A stretch of DNA of 41,306 nucleotides from a virus (taxonomy: Duplodnaviria; Caudoviricetes), in IMG/VR virus record IMGVR_UViG_3300016263_000355, positions 1 to 41,306 of that record. One strand, written 5' to 3'. How positions within the stretch are numbered: the stretch's first letter is position 1; the number at the start of each line of letters is the position of its first letter. Made by a program: the position numbers and the translations under genes. The notes under the pieces were generated by a model. That model worked only from the letters and a program-made list of their open reading frames with translations, was not told where the DNA came from and did not search any database. Positions 28,901 through 38,508 of the stretch are shown piece by piece.

Positions 28901-31498
28901 AACACCTTCTACAGAAGATTTAAAATCTATAGGTCCAAAAGCAGCATGTTGTCCTGGTTTTAATTGGCTTCCTGAGTTTTCTAAACTTCCAACAGATATA
29001 TTTTTAAAATCTTCTAACCATTGCGGAGCCTCGCCTCTATATTCAAAAGGAATCCTTGCTTTTACAGTGTAAGGTCCATACTGATAATCTATTTTTCCAA
29101 GTTCATCTATTGGCATGCCTCTATAGTGATAAAGACTTCCATATTTTGGTGATAAAGCTTCAGTTCCTATTCTCATCCCATAATTACTATGAGGTACATG
29201 AGTACTAGCATAAAGAGCTTCTTGTAAAGGATTTCCCCAAACTCCAGCATCTTTCATAGCTTGAACATCTCTTGGGTCTAATTCTCTAAATCTTCCTGCA
29301 GATGTTTTAGCTACTCCAAGAGTAGACGCTGGCGGTGTTACAGATCTTACTGCAGTAAGTTGATTTTCAATTCCCTGACGTATTCTATTTTCTAGTAATT
29401 TTTGACTGCTGCGAAGAGAAGGATCAAATAAAAGATCCAAAGATTTAGGATTAAAATCTATAGGTAATATATTTAAATCTTGAGCTTGTCTTATAAGTTG
29501 TTGTTGGTGAGAAGGTAATGCACTTATTACTTTAGCAGCTTCTTCTGCAGGTGTAAGAGTTTTTGTTATACCTAAAGTTTGTTTAGCAGCCTTAACTCCT
29601 TTACCAGCTAAACTAAATACAGAAGGGAGTTCACCAAGAGCTTGTAACCCTGGAATAGGTACTCCCATACCTATTACTCCCATTTGAGAATGCTCATATG
29701 CAGCTCTAGCAGGACCTGTTAATCCTTCAGGAACCATATAACTTAAATTAGGATTACCCATATAAGATTGACTTCTCATATCAGTACTTGGGTAATCTAT
29801 TCTATCTCCTTTCCATTCTCTGTTATGTTTATCTACTTCAGCTCTATAACTAGGTCTAGTATCATATTTCATTTTATGAGAACTAGTACCATATTTAGTT
29901 CTAAAAGCTTCTTCTACCTTTCCACGATCAATTAAATCTGTAGCATCTACAATATTTATATCTTTTTGAACCTCTTCTGCTTGTAGTTTATCAGCTACTG
30001 TCTGGTAAATTTTTAAATCTTTATTAACATCAACTCTTTGAGTACCCATATCAATACCCAAATCTGCAGGAGGCATTCCTGTAAATAAGCCGTTTTTAGC
30101 CATAGGTCTATCATCTATGATTTCCCATACAGGACCTCCATCAGCTTTTTTAGACCTTAGATACTCTTTCCAATCAGCTTTAGTATTGTAAGATAATGCT
30201 GGAGTTTCTTTCTGATTAGTGTAGTAAATAGACTCATCAGAAAAACTAGGATGCCAAGGATATTTGTAAGTATCAGGAAAGTGCTGAGAGCCTTCATCAA
30301 ATCCCATAGGATTTAACCCTCTTACAGCATCATTATAATATCTTTGGTAATCATAACTAGAATAAGAATCTGGAATACCTTCTCTACCTTCTGGAGTATT
30401 ATATCTATACCAAGATTCATAAGCAGTATTACCGCCTTCACCAAAAGACATATAACCACCACCAGGAGTATTACCAATAGATCTTTGAGTAATAGGGCCA
30501 GTAGTCATACCACTAGGATTCTGATTCATATAATCAGGTCTAGGGCCGTACTTTCTTCTCTTCTTACCTTTCTTAGTAAGTCTACCCCCTCTACCATATT
30601 CAGGGTAAGCGGTGTTAGCAGGATATACCCAACCTCCTTGTCCAAATTCTGTATTATCTACTATTTTAAATTTAGGAACAGGATTTGAGCGAGATTTTTT
30701 AGATGTAGGTAAAGGAAACTCTAAAGGTATTTTTTCTGTAGTGTTTACAAGATCTACAACACTAGGATTCTGTTTAAGTACATTGTCCCGCAAATCCAAT
30801 ATGTTTTTTCCATATAGATTTGTTTGAGACATATCAAGACCACCTGGAGGAATTGGAACTCCAAAAATGGATTTCATTTTAAATCCATGATAATCTTGTT
30901 CAGTAGTTGGATATATTTTACCGTAACCTTGATAAGCTTGGACAACAGACTCTGGAGTTTTCTTTCCAAGTCTTTTTGCATATTTTAGCTTATCAAGAAA
31001 TGTAAGTACCAATTCTTCTTCAGGGGGAGTATCTTTAGCAACTCCTGGACCAGAATGAAGTACGTGTCCTACATTTGGATCAGATGCTCCAAAATTTGTT
31101 TCTGCTAGTCCTATAGCAAGAGCAGTATAAGGATCTATATTATGTTTTTTTGCATATCCTATGATATTTTTCATGACCTCAGAGTTGTAATTTCCACTTA
31201 CATAGTCTGAGCCAGGTCTCATAGGTTGTCCAGTAGTAGCTCTTATTTTTCTAGGATCGTTTATTCTAAAATCTTTAGAAGCTTCTCTTCGCAATTCGGC
31301 ATCTTGCTCTATAAATTCAAGACGTTTATCTTGAATGAATTCAGGACTAAAAGGACCTACAAATCCTTCATTGATAAGTCTTTCTTGAAATTTAAGATTT
31401 CTAGAATTTCTTTCATCTAAAGGATTAAGCCATCTTGGAACTTTACCAAAGTAATCTTCACCAGGAATTGCTACAAAAGGAATAGGAAGCTGTGGCAT
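25961..31498 (-). CDS. Polyvalent virion protein (1845 aa): N-terminal lysozyme-like domain, YkuD-type L,D-transpeptidase, C-terminal lysozyme-like domain and other modules
   Basis: IDPYTALAIGLAETNFG (SLT-like). ILDKSKGKIHLY...GTG...TGAGVY...MH...RLSNGCIN (YkuD His 26942-26944, Cys 26870-26872). GIYGTESNFG...SVGLTQL...DPEKAA (lysozyme-like). Confidence 0.8.
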   Translation of the reverse strand: MPQLPIPFVAIPGEDYFGKVPRWLNPLDERNSRNLKFQERLINEGFVGPFSPEFIQDKRLEFIEQDAELRREASKDFRINDPRKIRATTGQPMRPGSDYVSGNYNSEVMKNIIGYAKKHNIDPYTALAIGLAETNFGASDPNVGHVLHSGPGVAKDTPPEEELVLTFLDKLKYAKRLGKKTPESVVQAYQGYGKIYPTTEQDYHGFKMKSIFGVPIPPGGLDMSQTNLYGKNILDLRDNVLKQNPSVVDLVNTTEKIPLEFPLPTSKKSRSNPVPKFKIVDNTEFGQGGWVYPANTAYPEYGRGGRLTKKGKKRRKYGPRPDYMNQNPSGMTTGPITQRSIGNTPGGGYMSFGEGGNTAYESWYRYNTPEGREGIPDSYSSYDYQRYYNDAVRGLNPMGFDEGSQHFPDTYKYPWHPSFSDESIYYTNQKETPALSYNTKADWKEYLRSKKADGGPVWEIIDDRPMAKNGLFTGMPPADLGIDMGTQRVDVNKDLKIYQTVADKLQAEEVQKDINIVDATDLIDRGKVEEAFRTKYGTSSHKMKYDTRPSYRAEVDKHNREWKGDRIDYPSTDMRSQSYMGNPNLSYMVPEGLTGPARAAYEHSQMGVIGMGVPIPGLQALGELPSVFSLAGKGVKAAKQTLGITKTLTPAEEAAKVISALPSHQQQLIRQAQDLNILPIDFNPKSLDLLFDPSLRSSQKLLENRIRQGIENQLTAVRSVTPPASTLGVAKTSAGRFRELDPRDVQAMKDAGVWGNPLQEALYASTHVPHSNYGMRIGTEALSPKYGSLYHYRGMPIDELGKIDYQYGPYTVKARIPFEYRGEAPQWLEDFKNISVGSLENSGSQLKPGQHAAFGPIDFKSSVEGVSIGYPGQQVLQPISVSYNPTYVAEAAKVKAEIMELQSLYGKPSELLEWASSIKSKEVGRPMKVTDLGEAKNYLNATINDAVMNRYKFITPFSEKTYKVGDPLPELSSLSQAKEEMRLIGSPAKKDASTITFGDPINTPSTSTGLRLEKGLSTRTRSKKSPIWTGQEDVSETLEYVIPGRYSRESALGFQKTLARVNSKIDPEQRIELKSHTLPNGEHAYYFSAYMKDPIEAGKAFKRLEKEIPKGSFIMEPPTGSLSMDSWNSLIRRTRNRDKFQVYPAQHVPLNSAAVHFKLPNQAKAFENNNILLFNNQNDAKEAVQFLNSKMPSNLKAVKARTVFNENLNGFMIEVPNFKLEKLYKKGGQVSRPMYAEGGSTGLNNMPVYKVWESVTNTPWNQAKASNLTTGTAESNLALRKRLLAGEFNDYASAPAPTNFPSPVQLDAAAQASAPKDFNEAFKIARERLGPNQIFEYQGRKYGTNLAGEKFNPSQDTLTAAGLNTPKTKSRLEQQNKMVGSVYSDKVTVKLEPEYQEWEKVKKRQDEINKMDQAEIIRNYHKGSNDQYLILDKSKGKIHLYQGDKAIASYNVGTGMNVGDEQTYTVVKDNKVLWEKGNRMTGAGVYTVAGASAADPHYSNAPTWNFKNEKGISVPMAMHSSFGDRTAKIRDTDPANNRLSNGCINGLCYDLKQLYKQGYNEGDKLYVLPDDPNNKFQISNGKLIFKSQNPKVNKTEATLNYKPIKVNFNEKSFMQNVFQFYDFDDENELHRTTLPFIKSLESNKQKVMKAAKINGDIYNELAKMAFGIYGTESNFGDTHTPIVNATKALNKLASKSLKSLGINYDASSPDYDSKYTTYSRDGNYESVGLTQLKWGYLNATEKKALSELGITSNKDFLDPEKAAMGTVAVLAIRYNEQLTGEQKKDLWKNLPAKWNSRGNYPTRVWNNSRYINILQEDANSGKSASKTVTVPKTNYRTTSTWQLID

Positions 31499-34400
31499 TA
31501 TCTTGCAGATTTTCTAAAGTGAGTCTTGAAAGTATGAAAGATAAAATTGTAGTTGTTTATGTTATCATACTCAAGATCAACAATAATATATTTATCTCTT
31601 AAACGCTCTCCAAAAACTTTATCCCCTAAAATAGTAGGGTCTGTAGTAGATAAATATACAGGGTCAAATATATTAGGAGAAGGTACAGGAACTGCAGGTA
31701 AGTTGTAATCGTAATACAATACTCTGTTCCTGAGATTACTTAAGTTCCAAGTACGCTCTTTTCTTTTAGCAATGACTTTAGAGCCATCAATAGGAAGAGA
31801 CTGAAAATCAGTATTCTGATAATCATTGTAAATTCTGATGCTGGCAAATATATCATCTACTATATTGGCTCCAGTGATATCTATAGATTCAGAAACTATC
31901 TCATAGTTATCAAATACTTTAGTTTCGGTAGGAGATTCATTTACAAGTATGCTTACTTTACTTGGATAGACATTTCCATAGTACTCTCCATGTGGGCCTA
32001 CATCATGTCTATAAAGATTGGTAAGGTTACCATCAGGAGTGAATATGCTTACAGAATCATTCACATATACTGCTGGAGTATAACTATAGAAACTTGTATA
32101 AGCATCTATAAAGTCATTATATCCTAAAGTAAATGCATTTGGAATAAGTCTATAGATTGTAATCAGGTCTGTAACATTGAAAGATACAGACTCACTAAAT
32201 GATAAACTTATATCAGCTCCAGCAGATGGAGGCTGTACATAAGCCACATAATTAGTGGAATTATTTTTTACAGAAAGCACAATTTCTGTAGCTGTCCCTA
32301 ACCAGTTAGTACCTGTAAGAATAGGAATACTAAAATCGTAGATTCCAGTAGAAGGATTGTAACCTATATAAACCAAAGAAGTAGGTTGGTATGTAGGAAG
32401 GTCAATATTGAAATCAGGAAGTTTGTCTCTGAAAGTCATTATGGCTTCGTTGTATCTGAAGTCATAAGTAGCTGTGATTCCTTTATGTTTATAAGGATTA
32501 TCAGAGATTTGAATGATACCATTAAGGTTACTATTCAAATAACTACTCATACCTTTTGCTACAGTAATGGCTACAGGAGGATTGGCTTGTTCTCCTCCCT
32601 GCATCTTATAAGCATTTTTGGTGTTCATGTCAAACCAGAAAATAGCATCATTACTGGTTGTAAAACTGAACTGATGTCTAGAACCTATTACTTTTGAATA
32701 GTAGTCATATCTGGAAAGAACTCCACCAGATCCTAATATGATATCAGAACCTGAAGAATCTTGAGTAACGGATCTTTCATTTACAGATAAAGTTGCAATT
32801 CCTCTATCTTGGAATCCCATTAACCTGTCTTTAAAAATGATAAGATTATTCAAAGGTCCTTGGTAAGTATCAAGGTCAAGGTAATCTTCACTCTTGAATA
32901 TGGTCCAAGAATCTGAAAGTTCTCCATTGGATTTTACCTGAGACCTGTGAGTCCTTACATCAAATACGTCTTGAAAGATATAAGGGCTAGGTTTAGGAAA
33001 GAATTTCAGAATATTATTTTCATTGACATAATCTTGGTCATAATTAAATACTTCAGTCCATTCTGCAGTAGTGCTAGGACCTCCACCTCCAGTAATAGAA
33101 TTAGGCCAGTCATCATAAATATCAGATTTGTTAGGAGCACATCTTGGCGTAGATGTATATCCATCATCAACTACGTTAGCAGGTCTGGCATTTTGTTTTC
33201 TAAGCTCTACAGGAAAAGAACATTCAACAGCAGTAAGAAGTATTTGATTAAAAGTGTCGTCGTACTCAGTATTGAAATTTGTCCCAAGTCCCGATGTATT
33301 ATTTATCTCTTTACCAAAAATATTTGGGTTTCTTAAATGAGTAGTATAGTCAAATAGAGTAATCAGAGTGTCTCCTCCAAATACCATACTGGTGTTTGAG
33401 GTAGTAGTTCTATCTACAAGTTGAACATGATTAGTAGAAATATATTCACTATAAGATCTTGCAGAATAAGTATTTCCTCCATATTGAATTGTAGTAGGTC
33501 TTCTGTAATTACCTATGTACCAATTAGGGTTATCAGTAAATAGTTTATTACTTACACTTGTAATAAAATCATAGCCAAAACATGTTGCATTCCAATTAGG
33601 ACCCCCTGCACCAGTAGATAAAGGTCCTACTTGATCCAAAGATCTATTTCCTGCAGGAAAATCAAATCCTAATAAAAGTTTAGTTCCCCCATAACTTCGT
33701 GGATAAACTCCTCCACCTTGCTGATCTTTTATATAACGATCATTATCCCCTTCACAAGGATACTGTATATTATAAGGAAAAGAAGAGTTTTTTACTGTGC
33801 TTTGAGGAATAGTTCCATTGAAACTAAGTGCTGCAGTTTCTCCAGGTCGTATTACAACAGAATCTTGAAAAGGTATTGGAGTACCATTATCTAAAACATA
33901 CTCACTTCCAGCAACAAGTTTTCCAGTACGTCTTGCAGCCCAGCTATACCCCCAAGGAGTATAATATTTTAAAATCTGACCACTATCATTACAATAGTGT
34001 ACATTAATATTTTTTTCAGCGGTTGTAGTTCCACTGATAGGAATCCAATTAGCGCCCCAAAAAGTTTCATTTGTTTGAACAATATCTAACTCATCTCCTG
34101 TAGAATAGCTAGGATGGGTTTTAAATAAAAATTCAGGAGAAGCAAGTGTAATACAAGAATTATTCATTCCAGAATTATTTCCTCCTCCAGGTTGCTTTCC
34201 AGCTGCCCAACTACCATAACTTCCTCCTGCAATAGCATAATTGACACTGTTTCCAGGTCCAGTATCTCCTTGGTAGTTAACTGGACTTACAATTCCTTGT
34301 CCTAAAATAGTTCTGTCCTCTTCAGTTCTTACTGACCTTACAATAGAGTATCCAGAAATTTGAGTATTTACACTAGAAACATCTACTGTAAATTTTATTC

Positions 34401-36477
34401 CAAGATTATTTCCATAGAACTTTCTATCAGTTCCTATGTTAGATCCTCCGCCAACTGTTTTACTATAATCATAATTGTTATTGATTCCATTGCTATCCAT
34501 ACTTGCTATAGGAGCAAATGGAAGATCTCTATTTAGAGGATTAGGGCTATTAGGATCTGGCATATAAGGTTTAGGCATTCTTATATCACCTATCCAATTT
34601 ACATAAGAAGGTTCTCCAGTAAGAGAATAGAATACTATACCAAACCTATATACTTCATCTCTTTGATATCCTTTTAGTCCATATTGAGCATACGGACTAC
34701 TTGCATTATAATAAGCAGCAGTATTAGTGACTTCGTCATAAGAATTGGTTCCACCAAAAACGCTGTCAAAATCTATAGTAACTGTACTTTGTTTTATAGA
34801 CCCATATGGAGCACTAGTACTAGTAGTGTCATCTAATTTAGTTCTGAAAAAACTATTGATACTTGTGTCATCATAAGTATACATTTTCACAAACTCATAC
34901 TTTACATTAGGACCTTCCCCTCCAAAAGTAACTCCATCAGATTGGTAAAGGTAATTTTCTGCAGTATTAGGAGCTTGCATGTGAATGTCTTGAATGACAT
35001 CTGCATTAGAAGGAATAGCATTGAATTGTGAACTCAATGGAAGAGTACCATCTATTACATAAGATTCAGTTTTAAATAAAGCTGTTCTAGAAGGTCTTCC
35101 TGATGTACCTAAATTAGAAAATTTTCCAGTAAACCTATAAGCTCTGGCATCAAAGTTTACATCAAAATCGCCATACTTGACATTTCCAAAAAACATCATA
35201 TTGTTTTTGGAAGTCATTGTTTTGACAGTAAGAAAATTCAAATTAGTGGTAAGTAGCTCTTCTATGGTTATAGGAACAGTAATTTCTCCTCCACTATAAA
35301 CAAAAGTAACTATACCATTTGCAGGAATAGGTTCTTGAGGAAGAAGATATACTTCAGGAGTAGAATTACCAGTTTTTCTGTATATAATTACAGGTTCTAC
35401 AGTATCGTAATTAATATCAAGATTATAAAGAATTCCTTCAATAGATTTGGATACTTCTATTCCAGTATCTCTTGCTTCATATCTATCAAATACCTCAGAT
35501 TCTTGCTCATTGATAATAGGAATTCCTTGACTAGGGACTAAAAAATCTGAAGCTCCTCCTCCTAGCTTTTTAAGTCTGGCACTTACATAATAAATACCAG
35601 TTTTAATATTACCATTTCCAAGAATTTGTTTTACTGCAGAAATCCCATGAGCAATTTTAGGAACCATTTCTAGCTGGTCCAAACTTAATGCCATAAGATT
35701 AGGATCCGCAGTATTGCAATATCTTGGCTTATTGAAATTATCAGTCCAATAAATCTTTTTTAAAGCTGGAGTCTCAAAATTACCCACGCCTCCTCCGGGA
35801 TTAGGAATAGGATGAGCAAGAGTAAGATTTAAAGCATTAGTATAAAGAAGACTGATTACTGGATTAAATGTATATTTATCATAAGTCAGTTTCCAGATTT
35901 GACTTATAGGATTAGTTACAGGGTCTTGTTCTTCTAAAGAAGTAAATAAAAAAATCTCGTCTCTTATTGTGACCCACCCTAGAATTTTAGAAGAAGCAGT
36001 TTGAGCAGGTACGTAAGAGTTATTTATATTAAGTATAGGTCCTGCAGGAGCAGAAGTTCCAGTTATCGAAATAGTTTGGTGAGCAAGTAGATTGTTTGAT
36101 AGCAAACTATAAATTACTACTCTATCATCATTATAAGCTATTCCGTAAAATCCTAACTTTAAATTGATATCATTTTGAAGAGCTATTCCTAAAGCAGTAA
36201 GAGTTGTAATGTTACTATAAGTAACTACATACCCATCAATATCTAAAGTAATGCTAAGTGGTACAGTAAAATTACTAATAGTGATTTCCACTACATTGGA
36301 ACATGCAGGGATATCCACATAAAAAACATTTCCATTGGTATTTCTAAGAGATCCTGTAGAAAGACCTACATCAGTAATAAGTGTAAAATTTTCAGCATGG
36401 ATATAACACCCGTCCTTGTATACACTTTTGGACAGGTCTTTATTCATACCTCCACTGAACATCTTAATGTTTTCCAT
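31498..36477 (-). CDS. Tail stabilization / muzzle protein (crAss-like; P22 gp10 / T7 gp12-like), 1659 aa
   Basis: FSGGMNKDLS start, KIYWTDNFNKPR, GYQRDEVYRFGIVF, YGGNTYSARSYSEYIST, VFGGDT, KRKERTW, RLRDKY motifs typical of crAss-like stabilization proteins. TAATG coupling on both sides. Confidence 0.85.
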   Translation of the reverse strand: MENIKMFSGGMNKDLSKSVYKDGCYIHAENFTLITDVGLSTGSLRNTNGNVFYVDIPACSNVVEITISNFTVPLSITLDIDGYVVTYSNITTLTALGIALQNDINLKLGFYGIAYNDDRVVIYSLLSNNLLAHQTISITGTSAPAGPILNINNSYVPAQTASSKILGWVTIRDEIFLFTSLEEQDPVTNPISQIWKLTYDKYTFNPVISLLYTNALNLTLAHPIPNPGGGVGNFETPALKKIYWTDNFNKPRYCNTADPNLMALSLDQLEMVPKIAHGISAVKQILGNGNIKTGIYYVSARLKKLGGGASDFLVPSQGIPIINEQESEVFDRYEARDTGIEVSKSIEGILYNLDINYDTVEPVIIYRKTGNSTPEVYLLPQEPIPANGIVTFVYSGGEITVPITIEELLTTNLNFLTVKTMTSKNNMMFFGNVKYGDFDVNFDARAYRFTGKFSNLGTSGRPSRTALFKTESYVIDGTLPLSSQFNAIPSNADVIQDIHMQAPNTAENYLYQSDGVTFGGEGPNVKYEFVKMYTYDDTSINSFFRTKLDDTTSTSAPYGSIKQSTVTIDFDSVFGGTNSYDEVTNTAAYYNASSPYAQYGLKGYQRDEVYRFGIVFYSLTGEPSYVNWIGDIRMPKPYMPDPNSPNPLNRDLPFAPIASMDSNGINNNYDYSKTVGGGSNIGTDRKFYGNNLGIKFTVDVSSVNTQISGYSIVRSVRTEEDRTILGQGIVSPVNYQGDTGPGNSVNYAIAGGSYGSWAAGKQPGGGNNSGMNNSCITLASPEFLFKTHPSYSTGDELDIVQTNETFWGANWIPISGTTTAEKNINVHYCNDSGQILKYYTPWGYSWAARRTGKLVAGSEYVLDNGTPIPFQDSVVIRPGETAALSFNGTIPQSTVKNSSFPYNIQYPCEGDNDRYIKDQQGGGVYPRSYGGTKLLLGFDFPAGNRSLDQVGPLSTGAGGPNWNATCFGYDFITSVSNKLFTDNPNWYIGNYRRPTTIQYGGNTYSARSYSEYISTNHVQLVDRTTTSNTSMVFGGDTLITLFDYTTHLRNPNIFGKEINNTSGLGTNFNTEYDDTFNQILLTAVECSFPVELRKQNARPANVVDDGYTSTPRCAPNKSDIYDDWPNSITGGGGPSTTAEWTEVFNYDQDYVNENNILKFFPKPSPYIFQDVFDVRTHRSQVKSNGELSDSWTIFKSEDYLDLDTYQGPLNNLIIFKDRLMGFQDRGIATLSVNERSVTQDSSGSDIILGSGGVLSRYDYYSKVIGSRHQFSFTTSNDAIFWFDMNTKNAYKMQGGEQANPPVAITVAKGMSSYLNSNLNGIIQISDNPYKHKGITATYDFRYNEAIMTFRDKLPDFNIDLPTYQPTSLVYIGYNPSTGIYDFSIPILTGTNWLGTATEIVLSVKNNSTNYVAYVQPPSAGADISLSFSESVSFNVTDLITIYRLIPNAFTLGYNDFIDAYTSFYSYTPAVYVNDSVSIFTPDGNLTNLYRHDVGPHGEYYGNVYPSKVSILVNESPTETKVFDNYEIVSESIDITGANIVDDIFASIRIYNDYQNTDFQSLPIDGSKVIAKRKERTWNLSNLRNRVLYYDYNLPAVPVPSPNIFDPVYLSTTDPTILGDKVFGERLRDKYIIVDLEYDNINNYNFIFHTFKTHFRKSAR

Positions 36478-37289
36478 TATCTGAATCTACGTTGTTCTTG
36501 TACACCAAGAGTTTTATAGAAATGAGTCCTAGCATTAATCTTAGGAATAAGCCTAACCATAGTATCCTTGAGACTATCCATCTGAAAGTCATCAGGAATC
36601 TTAAGTTCACTGGCAGCACTGGCAATTGCCCAGTTCTTATTGTTTACAGACTCACGATATACTGCTTCTGGTAAAGCTCCTTGTCTCCATTGGATATAGT
36701 CATGCTTCCAAGTAAGATAGTCTGTAACAGCTCTTTTGAATTTAGCCTCATCAGGAATCATGACATACCCCTCATTGTCTAAGGGATAAGAGTAATAAGC
36801 TAAACAGACTTTACCTTCCTTGATATTAAACTGGATACACTCATCATAAACATCAAAAGTGATATCCTGCAGGATTGCAGGAGTATTAGGATTGACAGTA
36901 CTTTGAGGTGAGAATTCATTGCCAAACTGATCTTGAAACAAGTCCATGATCTGACCATTGAGATTCTCCATATCACAGCAGTCACCATCCATAAGATAGT
37001 GGAAACTGTTGGATCTCCATCTTACAGGGTTACCGTTTACTGCAATGCCTCCAGGAATGAAAGCTTTAAAGTCGCAAGGAAGTGGAACTTTATAGTCAGT
37101 AAACTCATAAGCTGGGTCTTGCTTATGTCCAATCACTTTTGGAATATATTGTAAAGGATACTTCAAAAAATCAAAAATCTCGGCAGTCCAAATCCTAGCT
37201 TCATCAGGAGTGATGAAATTCTGAGATCTAGTGTCAAGATAAAATTTCTCTACAGCCTCTTTAGAACTTATAAGCTTGGTAACTATCAT
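36477..37289 (-). CDS. Tail tubular / ring (adaptor) protein, P22 gp4-like (270 aa)
   Basis: LPCDF...GKVCLAYYSYPLDNEGYVMIPDEAKFKRAVTDY pattern. Position directly upstream of the muzzle gene, as in crAss-like phages. Confidence 0.75.
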   Translation of the reverse strand: MIVTKLISSKEAVEKFYLDTRSQNFITPDEARIWTAEIFDFLKYPLQYIPKVIGHKQDPAYEFTDYKVPLPCDFKAFIPGGIAVNGNPVRWRSNSFHYLMDGDCCDMENLNGQIMDLFQDQFGNEFSPQSTVNPNTPAILQDITFDVYDECIQFNIKEGKVCLAYYSYPLDNEGYVMIPDEAKFKRAVTDYLTWKHDYIQWRQGALPEAVYRESVNNKNWAIASAASELKIPDDFQMDSLKDTMVRLIPKINARTHFYKTLGVQEQRRFR

Positions 37290-37819
37290 GATGTCTCGAA
37301 AAAATCTAAAGTTAAATTGTTAATAAGACTCTTGGCCAAAGCTCTTTTATTCTGTCTAGTAGGCTTGAATACATAAGCCCTTGTAATCTTGTTGCCTGCA
37401 GGTTTGTGCCAATAGAACCTGTAAGCACAATAGCTTCTATGTTCATTCAAATAATAGACTATCATTCCCTTCTCTTTGGAAGTTTTGTAATCTATTTTAA
37501 GTCCCCCTGGTTTATTGGACAGCTTCTCGAAGTCCATCCTTTTCTTAGTCACCTGAAGGATACCCATTGGAGATATCCTTACACCATCAGGATCAGTCAT
37601 GATTTTATTTGCAATCAGACTGAAATATTCTTTTATGATCTTATAGTAAGTCTCTTTGCTTACTATCAGCCCTGTGCTAGGCTGGCTGTATTTTGAACTG
37701 AAGCTTTCAAAAGTTACAGTCTTTTGATAGTAATTGTAAAAATCTTTTAACCCGTAATCAGTTATTACTTTTGATTTTCCACGCTTACCTACACAAAACT
37801 TCTCAAAATCAATTGACAT
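37286..37819 (-). CDS. crAss-like IHF/HU-like protein (177 aa)
   Basis: YYKIIKEYFSLIANKIM...VRISPMGILQVTKK (HU/IHF-like helix plus beta arm), IDYKTSKE...YLNEH...YRFYW...FKPTRQNKRAL. Conserved position between ring genes. Confidence 0.7.
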   Translation of the reverse strand: MSIDFEKFCVGKRGKSKVITDYGLKDFYNYYQKTVTFESFSSKYSQPSTGLIVSKETYYKIIKEYFSLIANKIMTDPDGVRISPMGILQVTKKRMDFEKLSNKPGGLKIDYKTSKEKGMIVYYLNEHRSYCAYRFYWHKPAGNKITRAYVFKPTRQNKRALAKSLINNLTLDFFETS

Positions 37820-38508
37820 TATTGGTTCATTTTATTCTCTACTTTAGGAGATTCATCTCCTGAAAGATCAGCAGGTGCTGACCTCATTCTCATAAGATCT
37901 TCAATTACCATTTGTTTTAAAGCAGGTACCATATGAGCACTTAGAGGATATTCATCAATAGCATTATTGTAACAAGGAGTTCCTGAACAACTTGGAAAAC
38001 TAGCCAAATCAGTAGGATTTTCAAATACTCCTGAAACTGAAATTTTACTTACTGCTGGAGGGTTTATAATGTAAACATAACCTCCTTTAGTAAACCACTT
38101 TGTAGAATCCTTAGTCCATTTAGATAGTCCTGCCCAAGGGATATGAGCCAGAGAGATATAATTCCAAGATGGCCCAGTAATATCGACACCACTTACTCTG
38201 ACAATCAGATCCCTCTGGTAGGTCTCAATAGCCCTAGGAAGTTCAAGCTTGGTTCTGTAAAGTTCACAAGGAGATGTGATACCACAGCACTCAGAAGCGT
38301 TTACTTCAATTACCTCAAGACAGGGTAGAGTTTGTAATACATTATCAGACAATGATCTGCCTTTAGCTTGATCCTGTCGAATAAGCATAGCTCTTGTAGT
38401 ATGTATTTTAAAATACACTTGGTCAACAGAAAGTTCACTATCATCAGAAATACGTGAAGTACCTTCTATGTTAGACAGTATATCATATGCTATTTCATTC
38501 AGCGTCAT
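37819..38508 (-). CDS. Tail ring / head-tail connector protein (229 aa)
   Basis: MTLNEIAYDI...SDDSELS..Q..F.I...RAMLIRQ...QTLPCLE...GVFENP...YPL pattern typical of crAss-like ring proteins. Confidence 0.7.
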   Translation of the reverse strand: MTLNEIAYDILSNIEGTSRISDDSELSVDQVYFKIHTTRAMLIRQDQAKGRSLSDNVLQTLPCLEVIEVNASECCGITSPCELYRTKLELPRAIETYQRDLIVRVSGVDITGPSWNYISLAHIPWAGLSKWTKDSTKWFTKGGYVYIINPPAVSKISVSGVFENPTDLASFPSCSGTPCYNNAIDEYPLSAHMVPALKQMVIEDLMRMRSAPADLSGDESPKVENKMNQ

